DNA of 64,000 nucleotides from an uncultured Flavobacteriales bacterium (GTDB taxonomy: Bacteria; Bacteroidota; Bacteroidia; Flavobacteriales_C; GCA-002722245): the NCBI GenBank assembly GCA_905182585.1, contig CAJJCC010000018.1, forward strand, positions 34,857 to 98,856. The letters run 5' to 3'. The notes beneath the pieces are model-generated. The model was not told the origin of the DNA, made no database searches, and was given only the letters and a program-made list of their open reading frames with translations. The position numbers were made by a program, and so were the translations under genes. This document shows, piece by piece, positions 1 through 10,233 of the stretch (position 1 is the stretch's first letter; each line of letters starts with the position of its first letter).

Positions 1-451
1 AAAATTCAGAAGTCATTATCTCAAACTCGTCATAAGATTCAGAACGGATAGACTTTTCTTTTTTGCGCGAATCACTTTTTGATTTTTTGAATACGTGTTC
101 AGTAGTTCGTTCTGGAGATGATTTGTTTTGCTTCTTATTAACGATTACAGCCTGAAGGACTCTTTGTAGGTTATTGGTTTTAGAAGGTGAAATTTTAAAC
201 TGAAAAGTATCTTTAAACAGTTTTTTTTCGAAATACAAAGTATACAACCCAGATTCGAACTCCATTTGAAAAAGACCATTAACATCTGTTTCAAAGTTTA
301 ATTGATCGCTACTTGGAGTCGTGATTTTGATTTCCCCATATTCAAAAGCAATAGCATCTTCAGATTTAAAGGAAACAGATAACGTGCCTTTTTGAGCAAA
401 TGTGGTAATAGAAAAGAATACAAGTAAAAGAAAACTGATGAGTACTTTCAT
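1..451 (-). CDS. Secreted protein, N-terminal part only (signal peptide plus carboxypeptidase-regulatory-like beta-sandwich region); gene runs off the window start
   Basis: Minus-strand ORF starts with ATG at 449-451 (MKVLISFLLLVFFSITTFAQ = signal peptide) and continues past position 1; not in the ORF track because it is truncated by the window edge. Confidence 0.45.
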   Translation of the reverse strand, partial: MKVLISFLLLVFFSITTFAQKGTLSVSFKSEDAIAFEYGEIKITTPSSDQLNFETDVNGLFQMEFESGLYTLYFEKKLFKDTFQFKISPSKTNNLQRVLQAVIVNKKQNKSSPERTTEHVFKKSKSDSRKKEKSIRSESYDEFEIMTSEF

Positions 452-553
452 AACATGATTTTCTCTTTAGATACGAGAATAAAAGACATTCCATAAATAA
501 ATTCGAAAAAAGTTTGAGGCATAAAAAAAGGAACTCATTTATGAGTTCCTTAG

Positions 554-625
554 AGGTCGCGGACGGAATCGAACCGCCGTAGCAGGTTTTGCAGACCTGT
601 GCCTAAGCCGCTCGGCCACGCGACC
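554..625 (-). tRNA. tRNA-Cys (anticodon GCA)
   Basis: Reverse complement folds as a cloverleaf: acceptor GGTCGCG/CGCGACC, T-arm GGCGG-TTCGATT-CCGTC, anticodon stem CAGGT/ACCTG with loop CTGCAAA (anticodon GCA), short variable loop; CCA not encoded. Confidence 0.8.
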
Positions 626-1124
626 ATGTCGACAAGCGATAACAAAGATAGCACAATTCCTGAATAGCTTCCAAATTTGTTTAATTATTTCTAATTAAAA
701 ATCAATTGTATAGATAGTATTTGTGAGTAATGGCACTGTTTTCTTAAATCGATAGTTTTTCTCTTTTTTATTAAAGCGACACCCAAAACTCCAACTTATT
801 ATAGTTTAGATAAAAACATCTACATAGCTGGGTCATTAAAAATGATCTGAAAATATACTAGCAGTAGAAACGGCCATTTCGTTACCAACTTGTTTTTCCA
901 TTTTAGGCTGATCTTAACCTATTTAATTTTTTAAAATAATTAGCATCAATTAAACCCGTTTTAGCAGCGTCATCTTATGATTTGTACGCGTTCAAAAAGT
1001 AATGTGAAAGTGATCTTTTTTAAAGTTGTTTTTTTTAGTTTAACAGGCACAAGACAAACCAAATTCATTTTACACCTATTTTATGTGTCTTTTTTTTGAC
1101 ATTTTGAAATAAGGATGCAGAGTT

Positions 1125-1150
1125 ATTTGCACGCAAATGCGTATTTTTGC
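1125..1150 (+). promoter_or_regulatory. Palindrome ATTTGC-AC-GCAAAT followed by a TAnnTTTG-like -7 element (TATTTTTG at 1142-1149) upstream of apbC
   Basis: Perfect 6-2-6 inverted repeat at 1125-1138; Bacteroidetes-type -7 motif 25 nt upstream of the apbC ATG. Confidence 0.3.
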
Positions 1151-1173
1151 TTAGAATAAATCTAAATAAGGGT

Positions 1174-2271
1174 ATGATTCCAAGTAAAGACCAGGTATTA
1201 GAAGCTTTAAGTTCGGTTCAGGAGCCTGATTTAAAAAAGAGTATTGTAGAGTTAGATCTAGTTGGAGACTTTGTTTTTTCGGAAGATATGGTTGCTTTCT
1301 CAGTTAAAGTTCATAATCCTGCAATGCACAACAGGAAAAAAATGGAAGAGGCATGTGAGTTTGCTATTCAACGATTTATTTCCAAAGATATTAGAGTAAA
1401 GGCAGATGTAATTACTTTACCACAAGATAGAAACCCAGAGCAAAGAAAAGTATTGCCAGGAGTGAAAAATATAATAGCTATTTCATCTGGTAAAGGTGGA
1501 GTTGGTAAGTCAACAGTTACTTCAAACTTAGCAGTAGGCTTAGCGCAACAAGGTTATAGTGTTGGGTTAATTGATGCTGATATTTATGGGCCAAGTATGC
1601 CTTTAATGTTTGATGTAATGGATGAAAAACCTACTACTATTGATGTAGAAGGGAAAAACTACATTAAACCAATCGAAAATTATGGTGTAAAAATGCTTTC
1701 AATTGGATTTTTTGCTGATGCTAATCAAGCAATAGTTTGGAGAGGACCAATGGCTAGTAAGGCACTTCGTCAAATGTTTATTGATACTTATTGGGGAAGT
1801 TTAGATTATTTGTTAATTGATTTACCTCCAGGTACCGGTGATATTCACTTAAGTCTTGTTCAAACAGTACCTGTAACAGGAGCTGTAGTTGTAACAACAC
1901 CTCAAGGGATTGCTTTGGCAGATGCTAAAAAAGGAGTAGGGATGTTTAAGTTAGAAAACATTAACGTTCCAGTTTTAGGAATAGTTGAAAACATGGCTTA
2001 TTTCACACCTGCAGAATTACCTGATAATAAATATTTTATTTTTGGAAAAGAAGGTGGAGTGAAATTAGCAGAACAATTAGGAGTTAGTTTATTAGGTCAA
2101 ATTCCATTAATTCAAAGTATTTGTGAATCTGGTGAAGCTGGAAGACCGGCGATTTTACAAGAAACTACCCCGCAAGCGGAAGCTTTTAAAAGCATTGTTA
2201 AAGCGGTTGAAAAAGCCACTGAAATTCGTAATAAAACAATGGAACCAACTAAGTTGGTTAAAATGTTATAA
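1174..2271 (+). CDS. apbC: Fe-S cluster carrier ATPase Mrp/ApbC (ParA-type P-loop NTPase with N-terminal DUF59-like domain)
   Basis: Deviant Walker A SSGKGGVGKST; overall Mrp/NBP35 architecture; start moved to the internal ATG at 1174. Confidence 0.88.
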   Translation: MIPSKDQVLEALSSVQEPDLKKSIVELDLVGDFVFSEDMVAFSVKVHNPAMHNRKKMEEACEFAIQRFISKDIRVKADVITLPQDRNPEQRKVLPGVKNIIAISSGKGGVGKSTVTSNLAVGLAQQGYSVGLIDADIYGPSMPLMFDVMDEKPTTIDVEGKNYIKPIENYGVKMLSIGFFADANQAIVWRGPMASKALRQMFIDTYWGSLDYLLIDLPPGTGDIHLSLVQTVPVTGAVVVTTPQGIALADAKKGVGMFKLENINVPVLGIVENMAYFTPAELPDNKYFIFGKEGGVKLAEQLGVSLLGQIPLIQSICESGEAGRPAILQETTPQAEAFKSIVKAVEKATEIRNKTMEPTKLVKML

Positions 2272-2274
2272 AAG

Positions 2275-2538
2275 TTGTTGGAGCAGATGGATAAGGAAGA
2301 GGTTTTAGCGAAAGTGGAGATAGGATTGGATAAGGTAAGACCCTTCTTACAATCCGATGGTGGAGATGTTAAAGTAGTAGAGTTATCTGACGATGGAGTT
2401 TTAACACTGGAGTTTTTGGGTAACTGTAGTTCTTGTTCAATGAGTAATATGACATTTCAATCTGGAATTAAAGAAAATGTTTTAAAAGAAGCACCGGAGA
2501 TCAATTCTGTTCAAGTAACAAAATTAGCTACGAAATAA
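2275..2538 (+). CDS. NifU-like Fe-S cluster assembly domain protein (NifU C-terminal-type)
   Basis: 87 aa with CSSCSMS motif typical of the Nfu/NifU C-terminal domain; adjacent to apbC. Confidence 0.75.
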   Translation: MLEQMDKEEVLAKVEIGLDKVRPFLQSDGGDVKVVELSDDGVLTLEFLGNCSSCSMSNMTFQSGIKENVLKEAPEINSVQVTKLATK

Positions 2539-2711
2539 ATATTTAAGAATAATTAATCTTTATTATCAGCTAAATCTTCAATAATTAGGGGATTAGTATT
2601 AATTTGGTGATTATTTAAATAGAAATTATAATGTGTTCTAATCTATAAGATTAAACACATCAACTAAATAACTAGACCTGGAGAGTAATTGAAGGGTGTT
2701 TTGCTAGAAAT

Positions 2712-4562
2712 ATGGGGCAGATAGAAAATCAAATTAAAGATGAGGTTACGATACTTTTTGCTGGTGATTCAGGAGATGGTATTCAATTAACTGGAGGTCA
2801 ATTTACAGATACAGCCGCTTTATTGGGAAATGATATTAGTACATTCCCTAACTTCCCAGCTGAAATCAGGGCTCCTCAGGGAACTGTTGCAGGAGTTTCT
2901 GGGTTTCAATTACACTTTGGTAGTGTTGAGTTATTTACACCTGGAGATCATGCAGATGTCCTTGTTGTAATGAACGCTGCAGCTTTGAAGTCCAATTTAG
3001 ATTCCTTAAAAAAAGGTGGTATCGTTATTGCTAACATCGCTGGATTTGATAAAAAGAATTTAAGATTAGCGAAATATGAGGACGGCGTTAACCCTTTAAA
3101 TGACGGAACACTTGATGGATATAAAATTCATGAAGTTGACGTTACTAAAATCACTCGTGAAACATTAAAAGAGTCTGGTTTAGGTACAAAAGTGGTAGAT
3201 CGATCTAAAAACATGTTTGTTTTAGGGTTTTTATACTGGATGTATAACAGAAAGCTCGATAATACGATTCGTTTTCTCGAGAAAAAGTTTTCTAAAAAAC
3301 CTGAATTAATAGAATCAAATATTGCGGTACTAAAAGCAGGTTACTATTACGGAGATACTGCTGAAGCAATCGCGTCAAGGTTTGAAGTTAAACCTGCAAA
3401 TATAAAAGCAGGAACTTATAGAAATATAATGGGGAATGAAGCTACAGCAATTGGTTTAATTGCGGCTTCACAAAAAACAGGGTTAAATTTATTCTGTGGA
3501 ACTTATCCTATTACTCCCGCTTCTGATATTTTACACTTCTTATCTAAGTACAAAAACTTCGGCGTAAAAACAGTTCAAGCTGAAGATGAAATTGCTGGTA
3601 TTTGTGCTGCAATTGGAGCTTCATTTGGAGGGGCGTTAGGAATAACGACTTCATCAGGTCCTGGTATTGCACTTAAAGGTGAAGCCATTGGATTAGCAAA
3701 TATTTATGAAATTCCTTTAGTAATTGTTAACGTTCAAAGAGGTGGGCCTTCAACAGGTTTACCAACTAAAACAGAACAAGCTGATTTATTTCAAGCATTA
3801 TATGGACGAAATGGAGAGTCTCCAATTCCTGTAATTGCAGCGCAATCTCCTAAAGATTGTTTTTCTGCAGCTTATGAAGCTTGTAGAATAGCAATTGAGC
3901 ATATGACGCCAGTTTTCTTATTAACTGATGGTTATATCGCAAATGGATCAGAGCCTTGGGAGGTTATAAAGTCTGAAGATTTACCTGATATTGAGGTGAA
4001 ATTTGCAGAGCCAAGAGAAGAGGAGGATCCTGCCTTTTTGCCTTACAAAAGAAACGAGAAGTTTGTTAGACCATGGGCAATCCCTGGAACTAAAGGCTTA
4101 GCGCATAGAATTGGTGGTTTAGAAAAGGACTTTGAGACTGGTAATGTTTCTTATGATCCTGAAAACCATGAAAGAATGGTTAAGGTTCGTCAAGCTAAAG
4201 TTGATAAAATAGCAGATTATATTCCAGAGCAAGCACTTGATGCTGGAGAAGATGCTGGAGATGTTTTATTGTTAAGTTGGGGATCAACCTATGGAGCAGT
4301 TAAAACTGCTACTAAAATATTAATTGACGAAGGAAAAAAAGTTTCTCACGCTCATGTTAAGTATTTAAACCCACTACCTAAGAATTTAGGTGAATTGGTA
4401 AAGAAATACGATAAGGTAATTATGCCTGAGATGAATAACGGACAATTTATAAAAATTATTCGTGAGAAATTCTTAGTCGATGCAATTGGATTAAATAAGA
4501 TTAAAGGTCTTCCTTTTGTAACAGAAGAGATCGTTAAAAAAGTAAATGAAGTACTTGCTTAA
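2712..4562 (+). CDS. korA: 2-oxoglutarate:ferredoxin (2-oxoacid:acceptor) oxidoreductase, alpha subunit
   Basis: 616-aa fused pyruvate-flavodoxin/ferredoxin-oxidoreductase-like alpha subunit; immediately followed by a TPP-binding beta subunit. Confidence 0.82.
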   Translation: MGQIENQIKDEVTILFAGDSGDGIQLTGGQFTDTAALLGNDISTFPNFPAEIRAPQGTVAGVSGFQLHFGSVELFTPGDHADVLVVMNAAALKSNLDSLKKGGIVIANIAGFDKKNLRLAKYEDGVNPLNDGTLDGYKIHEVDVTKITRETLKESGLGTKVVDRSKNMFVLGFLYWMYNRKLDNTIRFLEKKFSKKPELIESNIAVLKAGYYYGDTAEAIASRFEVKPANIKAGTYRNIMGNEATAIGLIAASQKTGLNLFCGTYPITPASDILHFLSKYKNFGVKTVQAEDEIAGICAAIGASFGGALGITTSSGPGIALKGEAIGLANIYEIPLVIVNVQRGGPSTGLPTKTEQADLFQALYGRNGESPIPVIAAQSPKDCFSAAYEACRIAIEHMTPVFLLTDGYIANGSEPWEVIKSEDLPDIEVKFAEPREEEDPAFLPYKRNEKFVRPWAIPGTKGLAHRIGGLEKDFETGNVSYDPENHERMVKVRQAKVDKIADYIPEQALDAGEDAGDVLLLSWGSTYGAVKTATKILIDEGKKVSHAHVKYLNPLPKNLGELVKKYDKVIMPEMNNGQFIKIIREKFLVDAIGLNKIKGLPFVTEEIVKKVNEVLA

Positions 4563-4573
4563 AATATTGAATA

Positions 4574-5599
4574 ATGCCAGAGGTAAAAGAAAAGAAAATT
4601 ACAGCTAAAGATTATGCTTCAGATCAGGATGTTAAATGGTGTCCTGGTTGTGGAGATTATTCGATATTAAAGCAAGTTCAAAGTGTTTGTGCTGAATTAG
4701 CGTTAAAAAAAGACGAAACTGTTTTTATTTCAGGAATAGGATGTTCATCTCGTTTTCCATATTATATGGATACATATGGGATGCATAGTATTCACGGTAG
4801 AGGTCCAGCATTTGTTATGGGGTTAAAGACAGCTCGGCCAGAATTAAATGTTTGGATGATAACGGGAGATGGGGATTCAATGTCTATCGGAGGTAACCAT
4901 TTCATTCACTTATTAAGAAGAAATGTTGATGTAAACGTATTGTTGTTTAACAACCAAATTTATGGTTTAACAAAAGGACAATATTCACCAACATCTGAAA
5001 AAGGGAAAGTAACAAAATCAACACCATACGGATCGATTGATCATCCATTTAACCCGCTTTCATTAGCAATGGGAGCAGAGGCAACTTTTGTTGCGAGAAC
5101 AATGGATAGAGACCCGAAACATATGCGTCCGATTTTAATTGAAGGAGAAAAACATAGAGGAACATCTTTAATTGAGATTTACCAAAACTGTAATATTTTC
5201 AATGATGGAGCTTTTTTCCCATTTACAGAAAAGGCAACAAAAGCAGATAATACAATTTTTATCGAGCATGGAAAAGCATTAGTATTTGGTGCTGAAGGTG
5301 AAAAGGCAATTGTTTTAGATGGTTTTACGCCTAAAGTGGTAAGTATATCAGATATAGCGGAAGCTGATCTTTGGATTCATGATAAGTACGATCGAGTTAA
5401 AGCTTCTATATTAACTCGTTTCTTTGATGATCCAAGGGAGGAAGGTGCACTCCCGCGTCCGTTTGGAATTTTTTATCAAGAAAATAGATCTGTTTATGAA
5501 GAAGGTGTTACGGCACAAGTTGAAAGACATATTGAAGAGAAAGGAAGCCCTAATTTAGATACTCTTTTAGAAGGCCCTAATACTTGGACAATTAAATAA
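4574..5599 (+). CDS. korB: 2-oxoglutarate:ferredoxin oxidoreductase, beta subunit (TPP-binding)
   Basis: 341 aa; TPP-binding GDGD motif and CPGCGD cysteine motif; 12-bp spacing from korA. Confidence 0.82.
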   Translation: MPEVKEKKITAKDYASDQDVKWCPGCGDYSILKQVQSVCAELALKKDETVFISGIGCSSRFPYYMDTYGMHSIHGRGPAFVMGLKTARPELNVWMITGDGDSMSIGGNHFIHLLRRNVDVNVLLFNNQIYGLTKGQYSPTSEKGKVTKSTPYGSIDHPFNPLSLAMGAEATFVARTMDRDPKHMRPILIEGEKHRGTSLIEIYQNCNIFNDGAFFPFTEKATKADNTIFIEHGKALVFGAEGEKAIVLDGFTPKVVSISDIAEADLWIHDKYDRVKASILTRFFDDPREEGALPRPFGIFYQENRSVYEEGVTAQVERHIEEKGSPNLDTLLEGPNTWTIK

Positions 5600-5611
5600 G
5601 TATTAAATAAA

Positions 5612-5642
5612 AAACCCTGTCGTTAGCGTCAGGGTTTTTTAT
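5612..5642 (+). terminator. Rho-independent terminator after korB
   Basis: aaaaccctg-N-cagggtttttt hairpin plus T-run. Confidence 0.6.
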
Positions 5643-5844
5643 GCGCTAAAAAATCTCAACAGATTGGATTAAAGAGCAACAATCCTTTTATTTAGAAGAG
5701 GTAGAAGTATTTAAGGAGGATGGATTAGAGTTTTCGAAATCATCTTATATTCCTTATAAATAAAGTAAGGGGTTTTAATTTAAAACCTATTAGCGATTAA
5801 TTAAAGATTGTCGATATAAGTTGTTATTTTTGGCTGCTATCTAA

Positions 5845-8421
5845 GTGCGAATGTGGAATAACGTTTCTCATATAATTTTAAGACAAAGAGTTTGGGTCTT
5901 AGTCGTGTTAACTGCCATTACAGGTTTTTTCGCGTCTAATTTACCTTATAATGAAGTGTCTTACGATCTGTCAAGACTACTCCCTGTTGGTGATTCAACA
6001 TCAATTGTATTTAAAGATTTCAAAGAGACTTTTGGTGCAAACGATAATGTTTACCTAGTTTCTACAGAGGATTCTAATTTTTACGATTTAGATAAGTTTC
6101 AGCAGTTTTATGATTTTACTTTAGATATTGAAGGGACTGAAAGCGTAGATACCGTTTTTTCATTTGCAAATTTCGGATACTTAAAGAAAGATGTTGTTTC
6201 GCATAGTTTTAAAATAGAGTCTGTTTTTAAAGGGAGGCCTACTACTCAAGAGCAAATTGATTCCGCATTAATCAAGTTACACAACCAACCTTTTTACGAA
6301 AGAATCTTATACATTCCAGAAACGAATATATCATTGATGTCAATTAGCTTGAATGCTGATTCAATGATGAGTGTTCGTCGAAATAAGTATGTGCTTGCTA
6401 TTTCTGAAAAGATCAAGGATTTCAGTATAAAATCAGGGATTAAATTCAAGTATTCAGGAATGCCCTACATCAGAGCTAAACTAAGTTCTCAAGTAGAAGC
6501 CGAAATATTATTGTTTATTGGTCTTGCTTTCTTACTTACGGCATTACTTCTTTACTTCTTTTTACGAGCACCTAGAGCTGTATTTGTTTCATTATTAGTT
6601 GTTGCTGTTGCCGTTGTTTGGCTTTTTGGATCACTCGGGTTTTTAAGTAGATTGAGTGACTGGGGGTATACTGGGTCTTTAGAGTTTAATATAAATATCC
6701 TTACCAGTCTAGTTCCCCCATTGGTTATCGTTATTGGGATACCCAATTGTATTTTCTTGATTAATAAATACTTTGATGAATTTAGAGACCATAAAAATCA
6801 GGCGTTAGCCTTAAAAAGAGTTATTCAAAAAATAGGGGGTGCAACCTTTATGACAAATATTACTACCGCTAGTGGTTTTGCGACCTTTATTTTTGCATCA
6901 AGTGATATTTTAAAGGAATTTGGAATTGTTGCTTCTATTAGTATTTTGGGCGTTTTTATTCTTTCCATTTTATTATTACCAATCATTTATAGTTTCTTAT
7001 CTCCTCCAAAAGAGAAGCATTATAAACATTTAGATTATAAATGGACAAATGCTTTAATAGATTGGTTCGTTGATGTTTGTACAGGATATAGAGGTACAGT
7101 TTACGTTGTGCTGATTTTTATAGCCGGTGTTGCTGGTTTTGGTTTAAGTCAATTGGATAATGATGCTTTAGTTGTTGACGACATTCCCGATGATCACCCA
7201 GTAATGGTTGATTTAAAATATTACGAAGGTAAATTTGATGGGGTTATTCCATTTGAGATTATAATTAATACTAATGTTGGTAAGAAAGTAATTGTTGAAT
7301 TTTCTGACTCGGTTGACGCTTCAGTTTTAAAAGAAATAAGATATCTATCTGCTGTAAAACCTCAAGGGAATAATCAGTTTGAACTTTACACAAACACAAA
7401 TAGTGAAATCACGGAGATATTACAAGATAATATAGGCAACAGAAGAATAAATTCAATTTCGTATCAAAACTTAACCAAAAAAGGAAAAGGATTAAAATTG
7501 AAGACACTTAAAAAGGTCCAGAAGCTATATGATTTATTAGATACTTATACTGAGTTTTCGAAACCAATTTCGATAGTTGATGTTATTAAATATAGTAAGC
7601 AGGCTTATTATAATGGCGATAAAAAAGAGTACGATTTACCTATTAATATTGAGTTAGGTGGTATTTTCACATACGCTTCTCAGTCTAAGAATGGATCTGC
7701 AGATATGCTAAAGACCTTTCTATCAAAGGATCGTAGTAAATTGAGAGTTAGTCTGCAAATGAAGGATGTTGGGACAAACCGAACAAAGGCTTTAATGGCA
7801 GAATTAAGACCTAAAATTGAAAAAATATTCAGTCCTAAAAAGTTTGATTTCTCCTTTACAGGAATTGGTGTGATTGTCGCAAAAGGAGTAGAAACTTTAA
7901 TTTCTAATTTAATAATGTCACTAGTGTTAACCGTTATTATTATTTCCTTATTGATGGGTTTTATGTTTAGGAATATAAGGATGGTTGTAATTAGTTTACT
8001 ACCGAATATTTTACCTCTTTTTATTACTGCAGCTATAATGGGTTACTTTGGGATAAACCTTAAGCCTTCTACTATTTTGGTGTTTAGTATTGCATTTGGT
8101 ATATCTATTGATGACACCATTCACTTTTTAGTTAAGTACCGACAAGAGTTAGCTGAAAATGGAGGAGATATAAAGACATCAGTTCTTAAATCTTTGAGAG
8201 AGACAGGGCTAAGTATGTTTTACACATCAATGGTCTTGTTTTTTGGTTTTGGAATTTTTGTAGCATCAGAATTTGGAGGTACAGTGGCATTAGGGGTTCT
8301 TGTAGCGTTAACGCTTTTAGTGGCGATGCTTTCCAATTTAATTTTATTACCTTGCTTGCTGTTAACTTTAGATAAACTTATTACAATTAAGGCTTTGAAT
8401 AATCAAAGCGAATCAAATTAA
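5845..8421 (+). CDS. MMPL/RND-superfamily exporter (two 6-TM sterol-sensing-like bundles with large periplasmic loops)
   Basis: 858 aa with two hydrophobic bundles separated by large soluble loops, typical of MMPL/HpnN-like RND transporters. Confidence 0.7.
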   Translation: MRMWNNVSHIILRQRVWVLVVLTAITGFFASNLPYNEVSYDLSRLLPVGDSTSIVFKDFKETFGANDNVYLVSTEDSNFYDLDKFQQFYDFTLDIEGTESVDTVFSFANFGYLKKDVVSHSFKIESVFKGRPTTQEQIDSALIKLHNQPFYERILYIPETNISLMSISLNADSMMSVRRNKYVLAISEKIKDFSIKSGIKFKYSGMPYIRAKLSSQVEAEILLFIGLAFLLTALLLYFFLRAPRAVFVSLLVVAVAVVWLFGSLGFLSRLSDWGYTGSLEFNINILTSLVPPLVIVIGIPNCIFLINKYFDEFRDHKNQALALKRVIQKIGGATFMTNITTASGFATFIFASSDILKEFGIVASISILGVFILSILLLPIIYSFLSPPKEKHYKHLDYKWTNALIDWFVDVCTGYRGTVYVVLIFIAGVAGFGLSQLDNDALVVDDIPDDHPVMVDLKYYEGKFDGVIPFEIIINTNVGKKVIVEFSDSVDASVLKEIRYLSAVKPQGNNQFELYTNTNSEITEILQDNIGNRRINSISYQNLTKKGKGLKLKTLKKVQKLYDLLDTYTEFSKPISIVDVIKYSKQAYYNGDKKEYDLPINIELGGIFTYASQSKNGSADMLKTFLSKDRSKLRVSLQMKDVGTNRTKALMAELRPKIEKIFSPKKFDFSFTGIGVIVAKGVETLISNLIMSLVLTVIIISLLMGFMFRNIRMVVISLLPNILPLFITAAIMGYFGINLKPSTILVFSIAFGISIDDTIHFLVKYRQELAENGGDIKTSVLKSLRETGLSMFYTSMVLFFGFGIFVASEFGGTVALGVLVALTLLVAMLSNLILLPCLLLTLDKLITIKALNNQSESN

Positions 8422-8427
8422 AATAAG

Positions 8428-9288
8428 ATGAAAGGTATAATTTTAGCGGGAGGTTCAGGTACAAGATTGCACCCCTTAACACTATCGGTTAGTAAGCAGT
8501 TGATGCCTGTTTATGATAAACCAATGATTTATTACCCACTATCAACATTAATGTTAGCGGGGATTAAAGAAATTTTAATCATTACAACTCCGCATGACCA
8601 AGAAGGATTTAAAAAATTACTTGGAGACGGGAGTAGAATAGGATGTAAGTTTGAATATATTATTCAGAAACAGCCAAATGGTTTAGCACAAGCATTTGTT
8701 TTAGGAAAAGAGTTTATTGGTGATGATAAGGTTGCTTTGGTTTTAGGAGATAATATCTTTTATGGATCAGGAATGTCAAGTTTATTGCAAAAGAATAGCA
8801 ACCCTGATGGAGGTGTAGTTTATGCATATCACGTTTCAGATCCTGAAAGGTATGGTGTTGTTGAATTCGATGAAAATAATAAAGCAGTTTCTATCGAAGA
8901 AAAGCCTGAAAAACCAAAATCAAATTTCGCAGTTCCAGGCTTGTACTTTTATGACAATGATGTTGTTGAAATTGCCGAAAACATTAAGCTTTCGCCAAGA
9001 GGTGAATATGAGATTACCGACATTAACGCAGAATATTTAAGAAGAGGTAAGTTAAAAGTTGGAATATTAGATAGAGGAACAGCTTGGTTAGACACAGGTA
9101 CTTTTGCTAGTTTAATGCAAGCAGGTCAATATGTTCAAGTGATTGAAGAAAGACAAGGGCTTAAAATTGGATGTATCGAAGAGGTAGCTTATCGAATGGG
9201 GTTTATTAATAAAGATCAATTATTAGAAATTGCACAACCGCTTAAGAAAAGTGGTTATGGAGTTTATATTGAAAATATAGTTAAGTAA
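8428..9288 (+). CDS. rfbA: Glucose-1-phosphate thymidylyltransferase
   Basis: [18 protein letters not shown]... canonical RmlA N-terminus and length (286 aa). Confidence 0.9.
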   Translation: MKGIILAGGSGTRLHPLTLSVSKQLMPVYDKPMIYYPLSTLMLAGIKEILIITTPHDQEGFKKLLGDGSRIGCKFEYIIQKQPNGLAQAFVLGKEFIGDDKVALVLGDNIFYGSGMSSLLQKNSNPDGGVVYAYHVSDPERYGVVEFDENNKAVSIEEKPEKPKSNFAVPGLYFYDNDVVEIAENIKLSPRGEYEITDINAEYLRRGKLKVGILDRGTAWLDTGTFASLMQAGQYVQVIEERQGLKIGCIEEVAYRMGFINKDQLLEIAQPLKKSGYGVYIENIVK

Positions 9289-9289
9289 T

Positions 9290-10228
9290 ATGACTAGAAT
9301 ATTAGTTACAGGAGGAGCCGGATTTATCGGAAGCGTTTTAGCTGAGAAGTTGATTTCAAATAAGGAAAATTTTGTTGTTATCGTTGATGATTTATCAACG
9401 GGAAGCGAAACAAAATTACCACACCATATGCCCTCTGATAACTGGAGGTTTGTAAAGGCAGATGTAAATGAATATAGAGATATAGCGGAGGTTATGCTTG
9501 GTAACAAGTTTGATTACGTTTTTCATTATGCAGCTTTAGTTGGTGTAATTAGAACTCAGGATAATCCAGTAAAAGTTTTAAGAGATATCGAAGGAATTAA
9601 GCATGTTTTAAACCTTTGTAAAAGTACAGGAGTAAAAAGAGTATTCTTTTCTTCTTCTTCAGAGGTTTATGGAGAGCCAGTTGAGTTGCCTCAACATGAG
9701 CAAACGACACCGCTGAATTCGAAAGTTCCTTATGCTGTTGTTAAAAACATTGGGGAGTCTTTCCTGAGATCTTACCATCAAGAATTTGGTTTAGAATATA
9801 CAATTTTCAGATTTTTCAATACTTATGGGCCTAACCAAAGCGATGACTTTGTAATGTCTAAATTTCTTTTTAAAGCCTTAAATGACGAAGATATTACCAT
9901 TTATGGCGAAGGCACACAAACAAGAACTTTCTGTTATTGTGATGATAATATTGACGCATGTTTAAAGGCTTTTTATAAAAATAAAGTGATTAATGATGTA
10001 ATCAATATTGGTGGAGAAATAGAAGTAACGATTATTGATTTGGCTCAAAAAATTATTGATGCGACTAACTCAAAATCAAAAATCGTTCATCTTCCGCCTT
10101 TGAAAGACGGTGATATGTTAAGAAGATGTCCAGATAATACTAAAATGAGAGTATTATTAGGAAGAGAACTAACTACCATAGATGAAGGGATTAAAAAGCT
10201 CTTAAATAGTCCTCAATTTCAAAAATAA
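9290..10228 (+). CDS. NAD-dependent epimerase/dehydratase (extended SDR; UDP-sugar decarboxylase/epimerase-like)
   Basis: TGGAGFIGS Rossmann motif and YxxxK catalytic motif; 312 aa. Confidence 0.78.
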   Translation: MTRILVTGGAGFIGSVLAEKLISNKENFVVIVDDLSTGSETKLPHHMPSDNWRFVKADVNEYRDIAEVMLGNKFDYVFHYAALVGVIRTQDNPVKVLRDIEGIKHVLNLCKSTGVKRVFFSSSSEVYGEPVELPQHEQTTPLNSKVPYAVVKNIGESFLRSYHQEFGLEYTIFRFFNTYGPNQSDDFVMSKFLFKALNDEDITIYGEGTQTRTFCYCDDNIDACLKAFYKNKVINDVINIGGEIEVTIIDLAQKIIDATNSKSKIVHLPPLKDGDMLRRCPDNTKMRVLLGRELTTIDEGIKKLLNSPQFQK

Positions 10229-10233
10229 TAACC

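Noticed and set aside
554-1146. tRNA-Cys followed by about 500 bp of non-coding DNA as a possible genomic-island or integrative-element insertion site
   Set aside because: There is no integrase, no direct repeat of the tRNA 3' end, and no atypical gene content nearby. The flanking genes are core housekeeping (apbC, kor).
2123-2308. 61-aa ORF overlapping the 3' end of apbC, and similar small ORFs embedded in larger genes (6552-6746, 8822-9040, 9223-9507, 12091-12594, 13413-14326, 15339-15564, 17923-19014, 25537-25719, 26045-26296, 29510-30304, 33532-33795, 35466-36001, 37137-38117, 41059-41259, 42814-43029, 45062-45929, 47570-48742, 49296-50033, 50845-51266, 51985-52699, 54046-54366, 56064-56336, 57340-57644, 58140-58625, 59204-59763)
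   Set aside because: They lie entirely within, or antisense to, long well-supported genes. They have low-complexity or biased composition typical of shadow ORFs in AT-rich DNA, and no start-site context.
5800-5844. Putative promoter for the MMPL transporter gene (TTG at 5808 and TATTTTTG at 5825-5832)
   Set aside because: Spacing between the -33-like TTG and the -7-like element is shorter than the Bacteroidetes consensus, and the -7 element is only 13 nt from the ATG. Too uncertain to list as a feature.
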